The notes under the pieces: model-generated
Seen by the model: the letters and a program-made list of their open reading frames with translations, nothing else
The model's database searches: none
Told to the model about the DNA's origin: nothing
Shown: positions 45,561 to 46,163 of the stretch, one piece after another
Position numbering within the stretch: the first letter of the stretch is position 1
How the letters are laid out: each line of letters starts with the position of its first letter
Source: Patescibacteria group bacterium
GTDB taxonomy: Bacteria > Patescibacteriota > Microgenomatia > UBA1400 > PJMF01
Direction of reading: 5' to 3'
DNA: 46,163 nucleotides
Assembly (NCBI GenBank): GCA_019454415.1
Contig: JACFOI010000007.1
Location: 1 to 46,163 of the forward strand
Made by a program: the position numbers and the translations under genes

Positions 45561-46163
45561 CTACTCAACCTTCACGTACTGGAGACTAACCCATCCGACT
45601 TTATCACCGAACTGAATCTTGACCCAACCATCACGTACTTCTTTGAGAAACTGGTAGCTTGATCCGACGGGTGCTTTGCCAATCTCGCTCGAGCTGGAGT
45701 TGGACTCTGCCCGAACACGGAGAACTTCCTGACCCTCTTCACTATAGCCAGTGGGCTGGATCGTTACTTTGGTTCCGTTCACCAGGACGTTTGCACTGGT
45801 CGAAGCGCTGCCACTGGCGTTCAAGTTACTGGTACCAGAGACCACGTTGGCGCTCATGCTGGCCGTTCCCATGTAACCGGAAGGTGAAGCTTGAAAGTCT
45901 TGTTTCCCTAACTTGACGGTGACCAGTAAACGGTAGCCTTCCAGAATATTGATCGGTTTGGCAATTGACTCATAGCTGGGCAGTTTGACCTCAAACTGAT
46001 GTTCACCTTTGGATAAGTTCTCGACCGTCACTGGCGCAAAGCCTTTAGCCTCACCGTCGACATAAATAATGCCACCGTCCGGAATAGTTGTGATCGAAAG
46101 CTGAGTCGCCTTTTTATCACGGAGCGCTTCCGTCTCAAAGATAACCCCGCCACTCGTTTCCGG
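45561..46163 (-). CDS. PEGA + C-terminal SH3-domain protein (5' end outside window)
   Basis: Frame is open to the window edge: LSITTIPDGGIIYVDGEAKGFAPVTVENLSKGEHQFEVKLPSY (PEGA-like); LRVRAES...GWVKI..GWVSLQYV (SH3b-like). Confidence 0.8.
   Translation of the reverse strand, partial: PETSGGVIFETEALRDKKATQLSITTIPDGGIIYVDGEAKGFAPVTVENLSKGEHQFEVKLPSYESIAKPINILEGYRLLVTVKLGKQDFQASPSGYMGTASMSANVVSGTSNLNASGSASTSANVLVNGTKVTIQPTGYSEEGQEVLRVRAESNSSSSEIGKAPVGSSYQFLKEVRDGWVKIQFGDKVGWVSLQYVKVE

Noticed and set aside
32031-45568. Long N-terminal extensions in the ORF track (starts 32031, 35004, 38430, 38312, 43953, 45568)
   Set aside because: They overlap neighbouring genes or promoters; downstream starts fit conserved N-termini and, in most cases, an SD or -10 box.

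Overview
A gene-dense bacterial chromosome segment in the standard code, with TGA used as stop. Its content points to a Patescibacteria/CPR genome, most like Microgenomates (inference): a C-terminal VirB2/TrbC-type pilin, a stand-alone VirD4-like ATPase, comM, many GT-C glycosyltransferases, P/S/T-rich surface proteins and domain-trimmed housekeeping enzymes. It holds the thrS-infC-rpmI-rplT-pheS-pheT cluster with inserted genes, tig, miaB/miaA, gap, pgk, tpiA, pyrH, pcrA, a femABX gene, tRNA-Val(GAC), tRNA-Cys(GCA) and RNase P RNA. I saw no CRISPR array, integrase or transposase. The strongest unannotated signal is a complete ribosome-dependent threonine attenuator at 8366-8493 (minus strand): a -10 box, a Thr-rich leader peptide (TVTTT), and mutually exclusive 1:2, 2:3 and 3:4 hairpins. 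It sits upstream of an orphan gene, thrS and a Cas4/AddB-like nuclease. Other notable signals are pervasive leaderless gene starts, a structured SD-sequestering 5' UTR on an RRM gene, a GNAT wedged between pheS and pheT, a cohesin/dockerin-like gene pair and a reduced RNase P RNA. Family names come from motif recognition by eye, not database searches.
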